Below, piece by piece: positions 37,793-51,060 of a stretch of 64,000 nt of DNA. Source of the stretch: Octopus sinensis. Taxonomy: Eukaryota. Position 1 is the stretch's first letter. The number at the start of each line of letters is the position of its first letter. The stretch lies in contig NC_042999.1 in NCBI RefSeq assembly GCF_006345805.1, forward strand, positions 60,326,001 through 60,390,000, in the 5' to 3' direction. A model generated the notes under the pieces. That model was not told where the DNA came from and ran no database searches. It saw nothing but the letters and a program-made list of their open reading frames with translations. The position numbers and the translations under genes are program-made.

Positions 37793-38539
37793 CTTTTATA
37801 CGTGTGTGTGTGTGTGTGTATTCCGTAAAGTTAAATATTTTTATCAATAACAAGCTCGATTATCTGATAAATTAAATCACACTTCCTTTTGATCTCGGCC
37901 CAAAAAATAAAATGACTTCTTTTATCAGTTCCAGAATAATATTGTAAAACCAATTAAATCTTAAATTTTGAAATTGGACCATATTCATACCGCCTACTTC
38001 TTTTCTCTTCTTCAATTAACTTCGCATAGAAGGACTCGAAAGGAAATTAACTCCTCTTTCATCGCGAGTTAACTATGCAAGGCGTCGGAAACGGTTTCAA
38101 TAATATACATACATTCAGAAGATACGAAAGGCGAACACGCTGTGTTAATGTATCGTTTACTGAACCTAAATATGTAGGAAACTTTTCACTACAGTTAGTA
38201 GTAAGTTCGTTTTTAATTTTTTCCTTTAGGGGATACAATAATATATATATATTATCTGAGGTGTTTTTCAAACAATCTTTTAAATTTTGTTTCAGTCATT
38301 GGACTGTAGTTCTTTTGTAGCACCGCCTCGAACGCATCTACATCAGTATATATTTGTGTTATCTGGTACTTATTCTGTCGTCTCTTTGACTGAAGTTACG
38401 TGGACATAAACAAACGAGCAGCTGTTGTCTTAATGGAGAGAGGGGGAAAAGGAAACACAGAGACACACAATGCACACATACACATACATAAATACATACA
38501 TATACTAAAACACATATACGTACACTCATATGTATATAC

Positions 38540-38579
<40 letters not shown>

Positions 38580-38594
38580 AAAAAAATAAATATT

Positions 38595-38710
38595 GGACTG
38601 CTCGCTTAGCCAGCGGGATGGCGTCATTTGAAGGCTAAATGCGAAGCGCATTGTGACCAGCGTTGTTCAGCAACATCTGAGAGCCTGGTCGGTCACGTGA
38701 TCACGGGATA
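38595..38710 (+). mobile_element. SINE 3' fragment
   Basis: ctgctcgcttagccagcggg..atttgaaggctaaa..gcgaagcgcattgtgaccagcg..gcctggtcggtcacg is shared with 49765-49875. Confidence 0.75.
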
Positions 38711-39839
38711 AATATAAATATATACACTGGGCTTCCATAGAGTTTCCGCCTATGAAGTTCTCTCAAAAGCCCAGTGTAAAAAAGTCTAGCAAAGCTCGCG
38801 TTCGTCGTCTACGTGATTAAATAATATATGTAACACCCCCCCACACACACACACTCATTTATGCACAGTATGGCGTAAATTGGAAAATTTAAGATAAATT
38901 TAAATAATAGTTGAGATTTATTTTTTATCCTTTATTTGAATTAGTCATTGGACAAGGCCTTCAAGGGTTTAAACAAACAAATGGAACCCAATATGTATTG
39001 TTCTGGTACTTATTCTCTCAGACCTTTATCCGAATCGCTAGGTTACGTGAATGTAAATGAAATAGCACAGGTTGTCTTGCAGAGCAGGAGGCAAATACGG
39101 ACACACGCAGACAAATACAAGTTTACATCAGTTTTGCTCTACCAAAATCGCTCACAAGACATTAATCGGTCCAGACCTCTAGTAGAAGACACTTGGCCAA
39201 GGTGCCACGCAGTGATATTTAAAACAAGTCTATAGCTCTGAAACGTTAATCGTATATCAATAAATCTTATTTTACTCTTCGCACCAGTGAAAAATACAAA
39301 ATGACTGCCCTGTTATATTTCTCGACTCATTAGTTATTCATACTTCTGTAAAAAGCGGTGTGTAACAATTTAAAATCCTATATTTCTAATGCATGCTGAG
39401 TTATACATAAATATATAGAAAATTATTTTTATTACACTGCCGAAAGCTACCCAAATTGATGTATCGTTAAAAGCTAAGTTTATGATTGACTTAAACAGCG
39501 ATTTGCTATATGGTCTCTTAATTGGCAGACGAATTAGAGGGTTCTTGCCTTCTCATTAATGCTCACTCAGTCTTGAAGAATGTGAGAAATAATCTCTATA
39601 TTTTCATATGTACGAAGAAGAATATATCTTTATATAAATTAATGCTTGTTACCAACCTAATTGTAGCTTAACTACATAAAAATTTACATTGGATTTTTTC
39701 TATACACTGAGGTGGACACAGTATGTATGGATGATATGCACACACACATACAACACATTATATATATATACATGTATATATACATATATATATACATATA
39801 TATATATGTATATATATATAATATATATATGTATATATA

Positions 39840-39888
<49 letters not shown>

Positions 39889-39938
39889 CTATATATACAT
39901 ATTTATATATATTACTATATATACTATATATACATATC

Positions 39939-39975
<37 letters not shown>

Positions 39976-39976
39976 T

Positions 39977-40008
<32 letters not shown>

Positions 40009-40084
40009 ATATATATATATATATCTTTATATATATATATATCTATATATATATTAGATATATATATATATAATATATAATATA

Positions 40085-40320
40085 TAGTAACGACGCTAGC
40101 TGGGTTCGGCTACTCTACATTGAGAAGGGGCAAATACCTGAAACTAGTCTGTAGTTGCGAGACCAGCAAGGGGAAGCGGTTAACCTCCCCTGTTCGAAGG
40201 TTATAATGGACACAGGGTTCGTGTGTCACATAGCTAGCTAGAGGCGATGGCCTCTTGGAGCTAATCAACGGCAGCATTCACCCATTGTTCTGGACTGGCA
40301 AGATAGCTTGCCAATAACTA
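40085..40320 (+). mobile_element. Orphan ~235-bp structured element containing a hammerhead (solo PLE pLTR or retrozyme-like monomer)
   Basis: About 50% GC island between (TA)n tracts, no ORF, hammerhead plus four downstream hairpins. Confidence 0.55.
40115..40154 (+). ncRNA. Minimal type-I hammerhead ribozyme (U3-A8 covariant, GUC site)
   Basis: ctaca-TTGAGAA-ggg(gcaaata)cct-GAAA-ctag-TC-tgtag; palindromic helix III actagt; cleavage predicted after C40149. Confidence 0.75.
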
Positions 40321-40323
40321 TTA

Positions 40324-40377
<54 letters not shown>

Positions 40378-40437
40378 ATAGATAGATAGATAGATAGATA
40401 GAAGATAGATAGATAGATAATAGATAGATGAAGATAG

Positions 40438-40482
<45 letters not shown>

Positions 40483-40776
40483 TGATGTTTTGAGAAAGCG
40501 TATAACCAATGAGTTGTATATCCCAGTTTCATAATTTAAGATAATCACACCTGAAAAAAAGATATTTAACACATAGAGTAGGTATATGTATTTGTTCAGG
40601 GATTGGACCTTAGTGGTGCATTTATTTACCACATTTCATACTTGCGTATGAAACTTCAGGTCTCGAAGAGGTATCCCAAAGTAAAATCAACATGAATAGC
40701 CAAGTAAGAGGCAGTCACGTACCAAGTAAATATACTCACATAACTAAACATATTTATATGACTCACACACACACGT

Positions 40777-40839
<63 letters not shown>

Positions 40840-41081
40840 GACATCTAGATAGTAGAAAGATGCGTAGATATATATTCATACATAAGCAAGAAATATATAT
40901 ATGTGTGTGTGTGTGCAATGCCAAGTATGTTTCTGTGTGTTTACGTGTCATGTGTATACATATGTGAGCACACACACGTATTTTAGATAGATAGACAGTA
41001 AGATAGACTGATAGACATGTATATATATATACAGACGCACCGATATACACAAACACGCATGCATACACTATCACATATATA

Positions 41082-41123
<42 letters not shown>

Positions 41124-42142
41124 TGTGTGTGTGAGTGTGTGTGTGTGTGTGTGTGATAGAATGTATTCTGTAAAACAAAAACAAACAAAATAAGGAAGAA
41201 AAGAACTGCAAGTCAACAGCTAATTAGCGGAGCATAATATTTTAATTTTTTTTCGTATTTTACTTTCTCCTGACAAAGGAAGTAATATATCTCTCTAATG
41301 AGCTTCTTGAAATACTTGTTATAATTCAGAAAAATAGATATAAGAATATATTATTATGATTACGAGAGGGCGATGATATAAATAAACGTGGAGATATTAA
41401 AGGAGAAAAGTAAGACGGAAATATTTCTTGTAAAAATGGCCGTTAGTAAAAAAATAATTATATGGTTAAGATTCTGTGCTGCATTATAGATGAACGGATG
41501 ATAATCAAAATTTATAGTTCGCTGAAATATTGAAGGAAGAATGAAGTAAGGGATATATATTCTTCTAATCACAGAATATTCTAATCACAGTAACTATAGA
41601 ATGAGAAAGAAACATAAGCTTGAAGGGAGAATGAATCTAGTTTTTGCATTTCAATGCGTTTGTAAAAGGTAATATTTCAGTTTGCACCTTTATTGAACAA
41701 TGTGATTCAGAGGAATATGCATATATACATGGATACGTGTGTGTGTGTATGTATATATATTTATGTATTAAAGGCATACATATGAAAACAATTATGTGTG
41801 TGCACGTGTCTGTGTGCGTATGTGTGTATGCATGTTTGTGTGTGCGTAGTCAAAATACTTATAGTAATTTATAGAATTTCTGCTTGATAATTATGAATTT
41901 GAGAAAAAAAAAATTCTTAATATTATCTTAAGATCATTTGGGTATTGATTTGAGGAAATATTTATAGATGTAAATGTAAGGATACCGTGCGGACTAAATA
42001 ATTACAAAAGGCAAAGAACGATGCTTTTGAATCAATGTAATGACTGATTTTAGCATATATCATTACGCATGTTTATAGATTTTGTTATCTGCGTGTTTTT
42101 AACAGATTCAAGTTAAAGTTAAATTAAAATATATATATATAA

Positions 42143-42576
42143 GGCGTAGGAGTGGCTGTGTGGTACGTAGCTTGCTTACCAACCACATGGTTCCGGGTTC
42201 AGTCTCACAGCGTGGCACTTTGGGCAAGTGTCTTCTACTATAGCCTCGGGCGGACCAAAGCCTTGTGGGTGGATGTGGAAGACGGTAACTGAAAGAAGCC
42301 CGTCGTATTATGTATGTATAATATATATATTATATATATATATAATATAATGGTGTGTGTGGTTGTGGTGGTGTGTGTGTGGCGTGGGTATGTCTGTGAG
42401 TACGTTTCTGTGTCTGTGTTTGTACCCCCAACATCGCTTGGCAACTGATGCTGGTGTATTTACGCCCACGTAACTTAGTGGTTCGGCAAAAGAGACCGAT
42501 AGAATAAGTACTAGGCTTACAAAGGATAAGTCCTGGCCACAGTCAAATGGCTGAAACAAGTAAAAGAGTAAAAGAG
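42143..42576 (+). mobile_element. SINE family A, near full length
   Basis: ggcgtaggagtggctgtgtgg...gaaacaagtaaaagagtaaaagag. Confidence 0.88.
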
Positions 42577-42688
42577 TATATGTGTGCGCGCGTGAGTGCA
42601 TCGTGCGAGTGCGTACTATGAGTGTGTGTGTGGTGCATATATACATACATACATACATACAACATACATACAACATATATATATATAT

Positions 42689-42728
<40 letters not shown>

Positions 42729-42788
42729 TATATATATATATATATTTATACTATGTATATATATATATTATATATATATATATATGTA

Positions 42789-43352
42789 CACTACCGTCAG
42801 AATTAATTAGCACCCTTGATTTGCTCACCATGAAGCATGGTGTGGTGGTCTGATGGTTTGAGGGGGGCGTTCAGCTACAGTGGTTTGGGCGGCTCTATGC
42901 CGTCGAAGGCAACATCAACGCAGCAGCAAAGTACGTTGAGATAGTACGGGATACCTCTTTGGTGGCGAGGAGTAGTGCTGGCCAGTCACCTGACCTGAAA
43001 CCTATTGAGAACCTTGGAGTCGATTGGGTAGGGATTTGAATGTGCAGCAATACAGGAACCGACACGAGCTGTTTGGGGCACTTCTTGCTGATGAGGGGCC
43101 ATCCCTGCACAGTACCTGCAGGCACTCATAGACAGCATGCCGACCCGCGTAGCAGCTGTCATGCTGCCAAAGGAGGAGCAACAAGATATTGACTAAATTT
43201 CACGATTAATAACAATTATGTGGTGTGCTGGGATATGTTTTTTAATAAAATTTGATAAAAACGAGTTCGTTTCTGATAATAAGTTATTAAATTAAGAAAA
43301 TGTAAGAAAATGTAGAAATTTGAGAAGTGCTAATTGATTTCCGACGCAAGTG
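42789..43352 (+). mobile_element. Tc1-family internal-deletion derivative
   Basis: TA-cactaccgtcagaattaattagca...tgctaattgatttccgacgcaagtg-TA imperfect TIRs; remnants TMKHG..LMV, GQSPDLKPIENL, SMPTRVAAV..AKGGATRY*. Confidence 0.85.
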
Positions 43353-44999
43353 TATATATTTAGACAGCCGTGTGCAATGTGGTACCGAAGAAGGAAACTA
43401 TAATTGTCACTAAATATGACTAATGTGTTAGAACACCTACATCGCTAGAAATCTGAACTAAGAAGACCTTCGTATGTCTGTTATATGTATGCATGTGTGT
43501 ACCTGTAAGTGTGAGTAACGTTAAGGAACTATGAGGATATTGTGCTGGAATCACATGAAATGAGTACCAGAGATTGTGATTAAGTATTAAATGGACGAAT
43601 TATTATTGGCCTAATTCGTATTAATTAATTGTAGAAAGAAGATAATAAAAACTAGGATTACCAGACTCAATTTCGTGAGCATGGGAAAAAGAAATTGGAG
43701 ACTATTTTTGAAGTGTAGCGTAGGTAAAAGGTCAACTAAGTTGGTATACTCATGTGTTATCAATTTATAAATATGCTCATACTATTAAAATATGTTATTG
43801 GGGTGTATCGTGATATGAAAAGTCAATATAAATCATAAAGGAGGGAGAACTGCTGCTGTGGAAGTTATTGGTAGAGTGAAAGGGAATAAAACGAATTAAT
43901 AGGAAAGAACATTAACGGTAGGTGAATATATAAACATTGTTGTAAGCAAGTATTTAAAGCAATGACATCAAAGGAGGTTCTGCATGGATGAAGAGCATGT
44001 GTAACCTACACTATGGAGAACTTTTAGTTACGTACCTAAAAGTACATAAGTAAAAGGCTAAATAAACTGTGGAATATAAAAACGAAGAGTAAAGGATAAA
44101 TACTAACAAAAAGTGATATAATTATTAGACACACATATATTTTCATACATGTATTCATATACTTTTATACATATATCAAAACAATAAAAGCAACAATCAA
44201 AATACTTGTATGCATATAGCACGAACATATCTGTGCATTTGTTCGTGTTTATATTTATGTATATTTATGTATAGACGTGCGTATGTTCTGCTGCATGTTT
44301 TTATACATATATACATGTACACAGATACACATATATAACTGATAAGCGTGTATGTATATGCATGCACACAAACATATATGTATATATACACTCATATATA
44401 AATACCTACAGTAACCTATCTGTATACACAAATACGAACATGGGTTTATATATAGACACACACACACACACTTATAGACACCTAACATATAAAACACGTT
44501 AATACATATATATATATGTGTGTGTGGGCAGTATTAAAAGGAATATATGTAAAATTTGGTACTTTAGTGAATAGATGAGTAGATGGTAGATTAGTAAGTT
44601 AAGGTAAAATAATTTTTTTTATGATATTGGTTAAGAGCATTCACAGTAACAAAAATATGACACGGTCTTGCAAGTTTAGTGTAGTTTAAGTCACAACACG
44701 AGATACTTTGTATGAATTCATTTCTAAGAGTAAACCGAAGTTTAAAATTATTGGAAATCCTTGAATTTACGATGTAGATGAGAAATATCTTCACAAATAC
44801 AACACACAAACACAGATATTGTAACTACAATACATGCTGTGATAAATGAAATTCTTTAAAAGTTGCGATGAGTTCAAGCTTATAGGAAATTAGAACTGAA
44901 TCTGTCATAGCCCGGGGGTATTTTGGATGGCACTGTTTCAGTTATTCGGACGTGAGCATAAGTACAGAAACTAAGATAAGTTCCATCTTGCTAATATCA

Positions 45000-46970
45000 A
45001 AGTATTCTTCAATATATTGTCTAACTACTACTGATATTTATCCTTGGGAGTGTTGATTGACAGAGCGAAGTTTAGTTGTTTTAAATGAAGGTTTCTAAAT
45101 CGAATAACAACATCCAATTTTGATGAATGGAATTTTGTGTATAATTGCCTAGTTCCTTTTAGTGCACCCCGTGAGATTATTAAGCGCGATGTCAGGTGAT
45201 ATAGCCTTCGTAACTATTTGTTTTCTGTTATGATGTAAAAACGGCCGATTTTGATTATGCAATAGGATTATTAGGAATACTCTGTTCGGCTGATATATTT
45301 GTAGCAGCAATCCTGAAGTTTCCACTGGATTTTAAATATAGTGTAAGTTATCCCGATTAGTCTGTCTTGATTTATTGAAGTTATAGTTTCCTGGAAATAT
45401 CTATAATAGTTTTCTATGTTCCTGATGATTTCAGCATTATTTCTTATTTCGTACAAGCGTTGGAGCATTAATTAATGATGTTACAGTTTGAGCATCATCT
45501 TCGATACCAGTTCGACTGCTGCTTCATCCCCGATGTTCACAGGAACTGTATTCAGGGCGCCATTAATGTCGGAAGAAAACGTCGTCACCCTGTAAAAATA
45601 TTTCTTGGCAAAATGACCGCACTTGATCGAAGAACTTGATTTTACTATCATAGCTTGAGATGGTTTGCAAATTTTAAATTCTAGTGTAAATCTATGACAG
45701 TAGAAAGCAAGTGCGGATTTCATTGGCTTTTCCCCTTTGGGCATCACTGATATGATCTAGTAACCATTTGATATGAACATGATACCACCGAATTCCTGCA
45801 ACATCCTACCCCGATCCTCCGGATGTATATTTTGTGTTATTTTACGTTCATCCGTAGCGAATATTTGGTAAGTCGTAAGGCCTTCTCCCGTTTCGAGTTG
45901 CTGACATTGTTTCAAAGATATAAATCATTTCTATCTGAGTCCAAAATGATCATTAAAGCAGAGTGTTTTTTCAACTCCCAAGACTTAATGTTAATGTGGC
46001 GGTAATATCGAAGAAACTATGGCAAAGTCTAGCAATGCCTTAATGCCGAAGGAATTTATAACGTAATCAATAACTTCTTTCTAGTTTAACAATGAAAATT
46101 AAGGAATCTAATTTTAAATTCTACTTGCCGATGCCTAGAACATAGCGTAATAGATTGCCCTCTAGGGCAGTAATTTTCGGTTAATTGATAACATATGCTT
46201 TAATGAAGTATCTTTAAATATTTTTTGTATCTAAATTATGTGTGATTAGGTTTAGGAAGTAGGCATTTTTCCTGGCCATTTATATTCATGAAATTTTCGC
46301 TGAGAGTTAAGTCATAGATCGTATCTGTATACCCTATATCCTTAGCGGGGTAGATCTGTTGAGCTTAACTCTTGAAATCTGTGACAAAATCATTACGATA
46401 CGTAAGACAAACTCAAGTTATTAGACAGTTCACAACATATTAACAATATAGTGTAAAGTTCCCTAAGGTTTTTGAAGTTCTTTGTCTATTTAAGATATAG
46501 TATCATGTCGTCAACTAATCTCCAGCATTCCATGTATAACGCATGTTTCTCTGTATTTGGTGCGCATTTCCCAGTGGAGGACCTAAAAATGAATTTGAAT
46601 CATGTATTTAATTGAGATATAGTTACACAAAGAACTTTCAGGATGACTTGTATGTACAGCATACTTTAGTAGCCTTGTCAAAATCGCATTAAATTGAACT
46701 ATCAGATTCTCATTGGTTTCTTTATCTCATCTGACGATTTCACTATATATAGTATCGAAAAACCTGATAAAAGAGCAATGTTTTCGCTAAATATTATATA
46801 GCTCAGCTTGTAAATTGCTTTAAGACTTGTATTTCTTGGACTCTGTGCTTGCTGTGCAGCAGTTATTTGAGTGAAGTGACCGGTCGCTCATTTTGTCAAG
46901 GAAAATTTATTTGCTGAAAGCTAGTTATTTCTTTGAATAGAAAAGACACAAAGCGCCTGAGAAACCTCAT
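45000..46970 (-). pseudogene. Putative decayed Toll-like receptor pseudogene 3
   Basis: MRFLRRFVSFLF start (46970); LRR-like FKNLRELYTI (46476), IYDLTLSENFMNING (46320), KLLPLEGNLLRYV (46177); AFYCHRFTLEF; TIR-like DDVFF (45586), NKSRQT (45375), YLKSSGNFRIAA (45338), RVFLIILL (45283), in collinear order. Confidence 0.45.
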
Positions 46971-47711
46971 TACTGTTGTTGGATTATCTATACTGGAGAG
47001 TGAAAGAGACAGGAAGAGATTTTGGATTATTTTATAATAGATAATACTGGGATAAAATGTAAAGTAAAAAAAATAGATAGCAATAAAGAAAGGGAAAGAA
47101 AAATGGGAAAGGCTTGAAGGGAAAAGGCTTCGGTCAATAGGATCATGAAAAGGTCTTGAATAGTAAATCAGAAGGGTCCAGCTATTTGGTAGTAACAAGG
47201 AGTTGCAAATAGCCACATACAGAACAAAGTGGTTGAAGTGATGGACTTACACACGCTCACTCATGCGCACATGACACGTACGCACATGTACACACAAATT
47301 TCAGTTACAACTGGGATGTTGTTGGTAAAATATATTCTTTGTCTATCTCCTTATCCTCTTGGAGATTTCGGATAAAATTATACTAATGAGTCCTTCGAAT
47401 TTAATTAAATTATAAGTTTTTTTGTGCAGCTGAAAATTGCTCTACATTTTAAATTGATGTAATGTTTGCATTGTTCAATTAAATGGCGTTGAATGAAACG
47501 ATCGTACTGCATTACCTCTCGATATTCTTGTTGCTTGTTTTGATTAAATATATATATACACATATATATATATATCTTGAATAGGTAATCCTACAGTGAG
47601 TATATTACTTTCAAGAAACTTTTCGTAGTAGTTAATACTTTTCAGTCAATTATATAATTTTCAATCTATTACATATATGTATATGTTTATATGTGTGTGT
47701 GTGTATGTGTG

Positions 47712-47811
<100 letters not shown>

Positions 47812-48186
47812 CATGTATTATGTATGTACGTATGTATGCGCTTTTATATACCTATATACATTTATACATATATATAACCGCGCGCATACACACAGCTAAT
47901 GCTGATATTCTGTTGCATAACTAACAAGATTATCAGTTATTTTTTTTACAGTGAAAATATTTTTTTACCGTTTGGAAAACTTACTTTTAGAAACTACACT
48001 GTTGCTTGATAAATTTTTTCCGTCTCGTAGAAGATTCCGAAGATAATATTCCATCCGGTAAAATTTCTTCAACGTTCTAGTAGCAAAATTCAGCATGCTA
48101 TAGCATAAAGTTTATTCATTGTTACCAAAAGTATGAAATAGTTTACGTTAAGTAATGTAGTTTGCGTTAAGTAATATTTATTTCCA

Positions 48187-48975
48187 ATTTTGGCACAAGG
48201 CCAGCAATGTAGGGGAGGGGACAAGTCGATTGCATCACCTCCAGTGTTTACCTGGTACACATTTTATCGACCCCCGAGAGGATGAAAGGCAAAGTTGACC
48301 TCGGCCGGATTTGAACTCAAAATGTAAAGAGGGACGAAATACCTATTTCTTTATTAACCACAAGGGGCTAAACATAGCGGAGACAACAAGGGCAGACACG
48401 GATTAAGTCGATTATATCGACCACAGTGCGTAAATGGTACTTATTTAATCGACTCCGAAAGGATGAAAGGCAAAGTCGACCTCGGCGGAATTTGAACCTA
48501 GAACGTAACGGCAGACGGAATACGGCTTTGCATTTCGCCCGGCGTGCTAACGTTTCTGCCAGCTCGCCACCTTTCGGAGGAACGAAATACCGCTAAGCAT
48601 TTTGCTCGGTGTGCTAACAATTCTGCCAGTCTGCAAGCTTATAGATGTTTAGTAAAACTGGGTTCAAATGTTGTTAGAAAGCCAGCAGGTCTTGGGGAGA
48701 TGCTAAGTCGATTAAATCGACCCCAGGGTTCAAATGGTACTCATTTCATCGACCCCGAAAAGAATGAAAGGCAAAGTCGAACCCGGCGGAGTTTGTTGGC
48801 ACAAGGCTTGCAGGTTTTAGGGAAGGATGTAATTCGATTAAATCGATCCCAGTTCCCATTTTATCGACCCCGATAGGTATGAAAGGCAAAATCGAAACCG
48901 GTGGACTGGGAACTCAGAGCGAAAAGACGGATGAAATGCCGTTAATCTTATTAGCTGGCGTACAAATGACTGCCA
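48187..48975 (-). mobile_element. Head-to-tail pile of about five SINE-B copies and fragments
   Basis: Repeated gacccc.aaaggatgaaaggcaaagtcgacc and tttggcacaaggc motifs; full copy 48341-48571. Confidence 0.85.
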
Positions 48976-49481
48976 GTTTGCCATACTGATATTTAGTAAT
49001 AGCAGAAGCTATTAATACTCACTTCGTATTCTATGTATTGTTTACTGACACCACGTTAACAATTCATAAAACGCTTTATATAATTTTATAATAATCATTA
49101 TCCAAAAGATTAAAATAATTACTTTACCTTTATTATTTGGCATCATTTTATGTTTTCGCTGCTGGTACTTTTACTCTTCTTCTTTGCTTAAGAGCAATAA
49201 CGTGAACACATATTTACTTCTTTTTTTTTTTATATTCTGTTTTGTTTCAGAAACAGAATATGACCTACATTATTATTTTTTAATTTTAGATTTAGTGTGA
49301 AATATCGTGAATTAATATGATACGTATGTGCAAAAACCATTTAAAGTCTCCCATAAAATATAAATCATTCTAAAGTGTTACACTAAAACGGTAAAATTCT
49401 AATATTCTCTTCAAGGTAACATTAGAAGACTTGACTTTTAGTACGTCTACCTCATACATACACACACACACACACACACAT

Positions 49482-49514
<33 letters not shown>

Positions 49515-49580
49515 ATATATATATATATAATATATATATATATAAATATATATATATACATATACATATATATGTGTATG

Positions 49581-49875
49581 TGGAGGCGCAACGGCTAGGG
49601 AAGCAGACTCGCGGTCGTAGGATCACGATTTCGATTCCCAGACCGGCGCTGTGAGTGTTTGTTGAGCGAAAACACCTAAAGCTCCACGAGGCTTCGGCAA
49701 GGGGTGGTGGCGTTCCCTGGTGTATTTTTTTTTACCACAACTTCCTCTCACTCTTTTTTCTGTTGGCCTGCTCACTTAGCCAGCGGGGTGACGTTATTTG
49801 AAGGCTAAAACAATGCGAAGCGCATTGTGACCAGCGATGTAGAGCAACATCTGATAGCCTGGTCGGTCACGGTGA
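49581..49875 (+). mobile_element. tRNA-headed SINE (family D variant tail)
   Basis: ggaggcgcaacggctagg..gactcgcggtcgtaggatcacgatttcgattcccagacc..gagcgaaaacacctaaagctccacgagg. Confidence 0.8.
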
Positions 49876-49883
49876 TCAAGGTG

Positions 49884-49952
<69 letters not shown>

Positions 49953-50529
49953 TCACAACATACAGGAGGTAGACGTACTAAAAATGAAAAGTCTTCAAAT
50001 GTATATATACAAATTTCTGTCTCACTGCGTGGCACAAAGGGCACCAAAACCTTGTAAGTGAACTTGATAGAGATAAAGTGAAAGAAGCCAAGTGCATGCA
50101 TATATGTGTGTGTGTGTGCGTGTGTGTATGCATGTGCGTGTATGTATGTGTGTCTTTGTGTATGTGTTTGTCTTCTACCACCTCCTGAGAACTGATGCTG
50201 GTGTGTTTACGTGCGCCTGATGTAGCACGCCAGCATAAGTAACCGATATAAGGATTACCAAGTTGTACAAAATAGTTAATGAGTACTGGATTCGACTCCT
50301 TCGACTAAAATTCTGCAAGGTGTTATCCCGGCATGGACGTAGTCTAATGACTGAAACATAATTCATAAACGATAAAAGACAAGCATTTCTAAATGGACAC
50401 TTTTAGCGTTTTTTACAGTATGCAGATAGTGCATGAATCCTTTTCTTTTATCGTTGTATCCTCGTTAAATCTCCATCCTTTCTCATAAGTTGCAGGTCGT
50501 TTCTCCTTTATATTTGTTGGTGATATCCC

Positions 50530-51060
50530 TACACTAACATTCTATGCATACAAAGCAATGCAACGCATTTCTTCTTTTGCAGTTTATTTGTACGTTGATT
50601 GTACACAGTTTTTGCCAGTGTGACGTGTTTTCTAAATGTACACAGTTTTTACCGGTGCAAAGTGTTTCCTTTAACTTCTGTGACTGAACTAATGGGGACT
50701 TGATGCCTCTGTCTGTTTTTACTACTTCACTAATATCAAGTTCTCTTTCATGCAGCGCTTGTCCTTTTTTTTCTATTTTGTGGAACAATTTATGTCTAGG
50801 TGAAGCATCGCTGAAGTTCTCCTGTCTAGCGTTTGAATGTTGTTAACAATCTCTTCCAAAAAATGCTCCTCTACATGGAGCACAGTAAATGTTGGCATAA
50901 CACCATGACCTATATACAAGAAAGGACCCACTGTTCTGATGTAAAGTTTGCAGAAAACTGAAGAGGATATAGTGAACAGAAGCAAGTATCAACATTCTGT
51001 CAACATGACATACAAAAATAATTTGTATTGATAATGTGGAAGTAAAGCTTCCGCCCAGAT
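50530..51060 (-). mobile_element. Possible piggyBac-like transposase C-terminal remnant
   Basis: YKLFLYVML followed about 130 codons later by Cys-rich CTINVQINCKRRNALHCFVC; no TIR or TTAA seen. Confidence 0.22.

Noticed and set aside
43088-43094. CTGATGA hammerhead core match
   Set aside because: Lies inside the Tc1 remnant with no downstream GAAA or helices
43400-44130. Purine-rich block, possibly an old LINE
   Set aside because: No diagnostic motif could be read, so it was left uncalled
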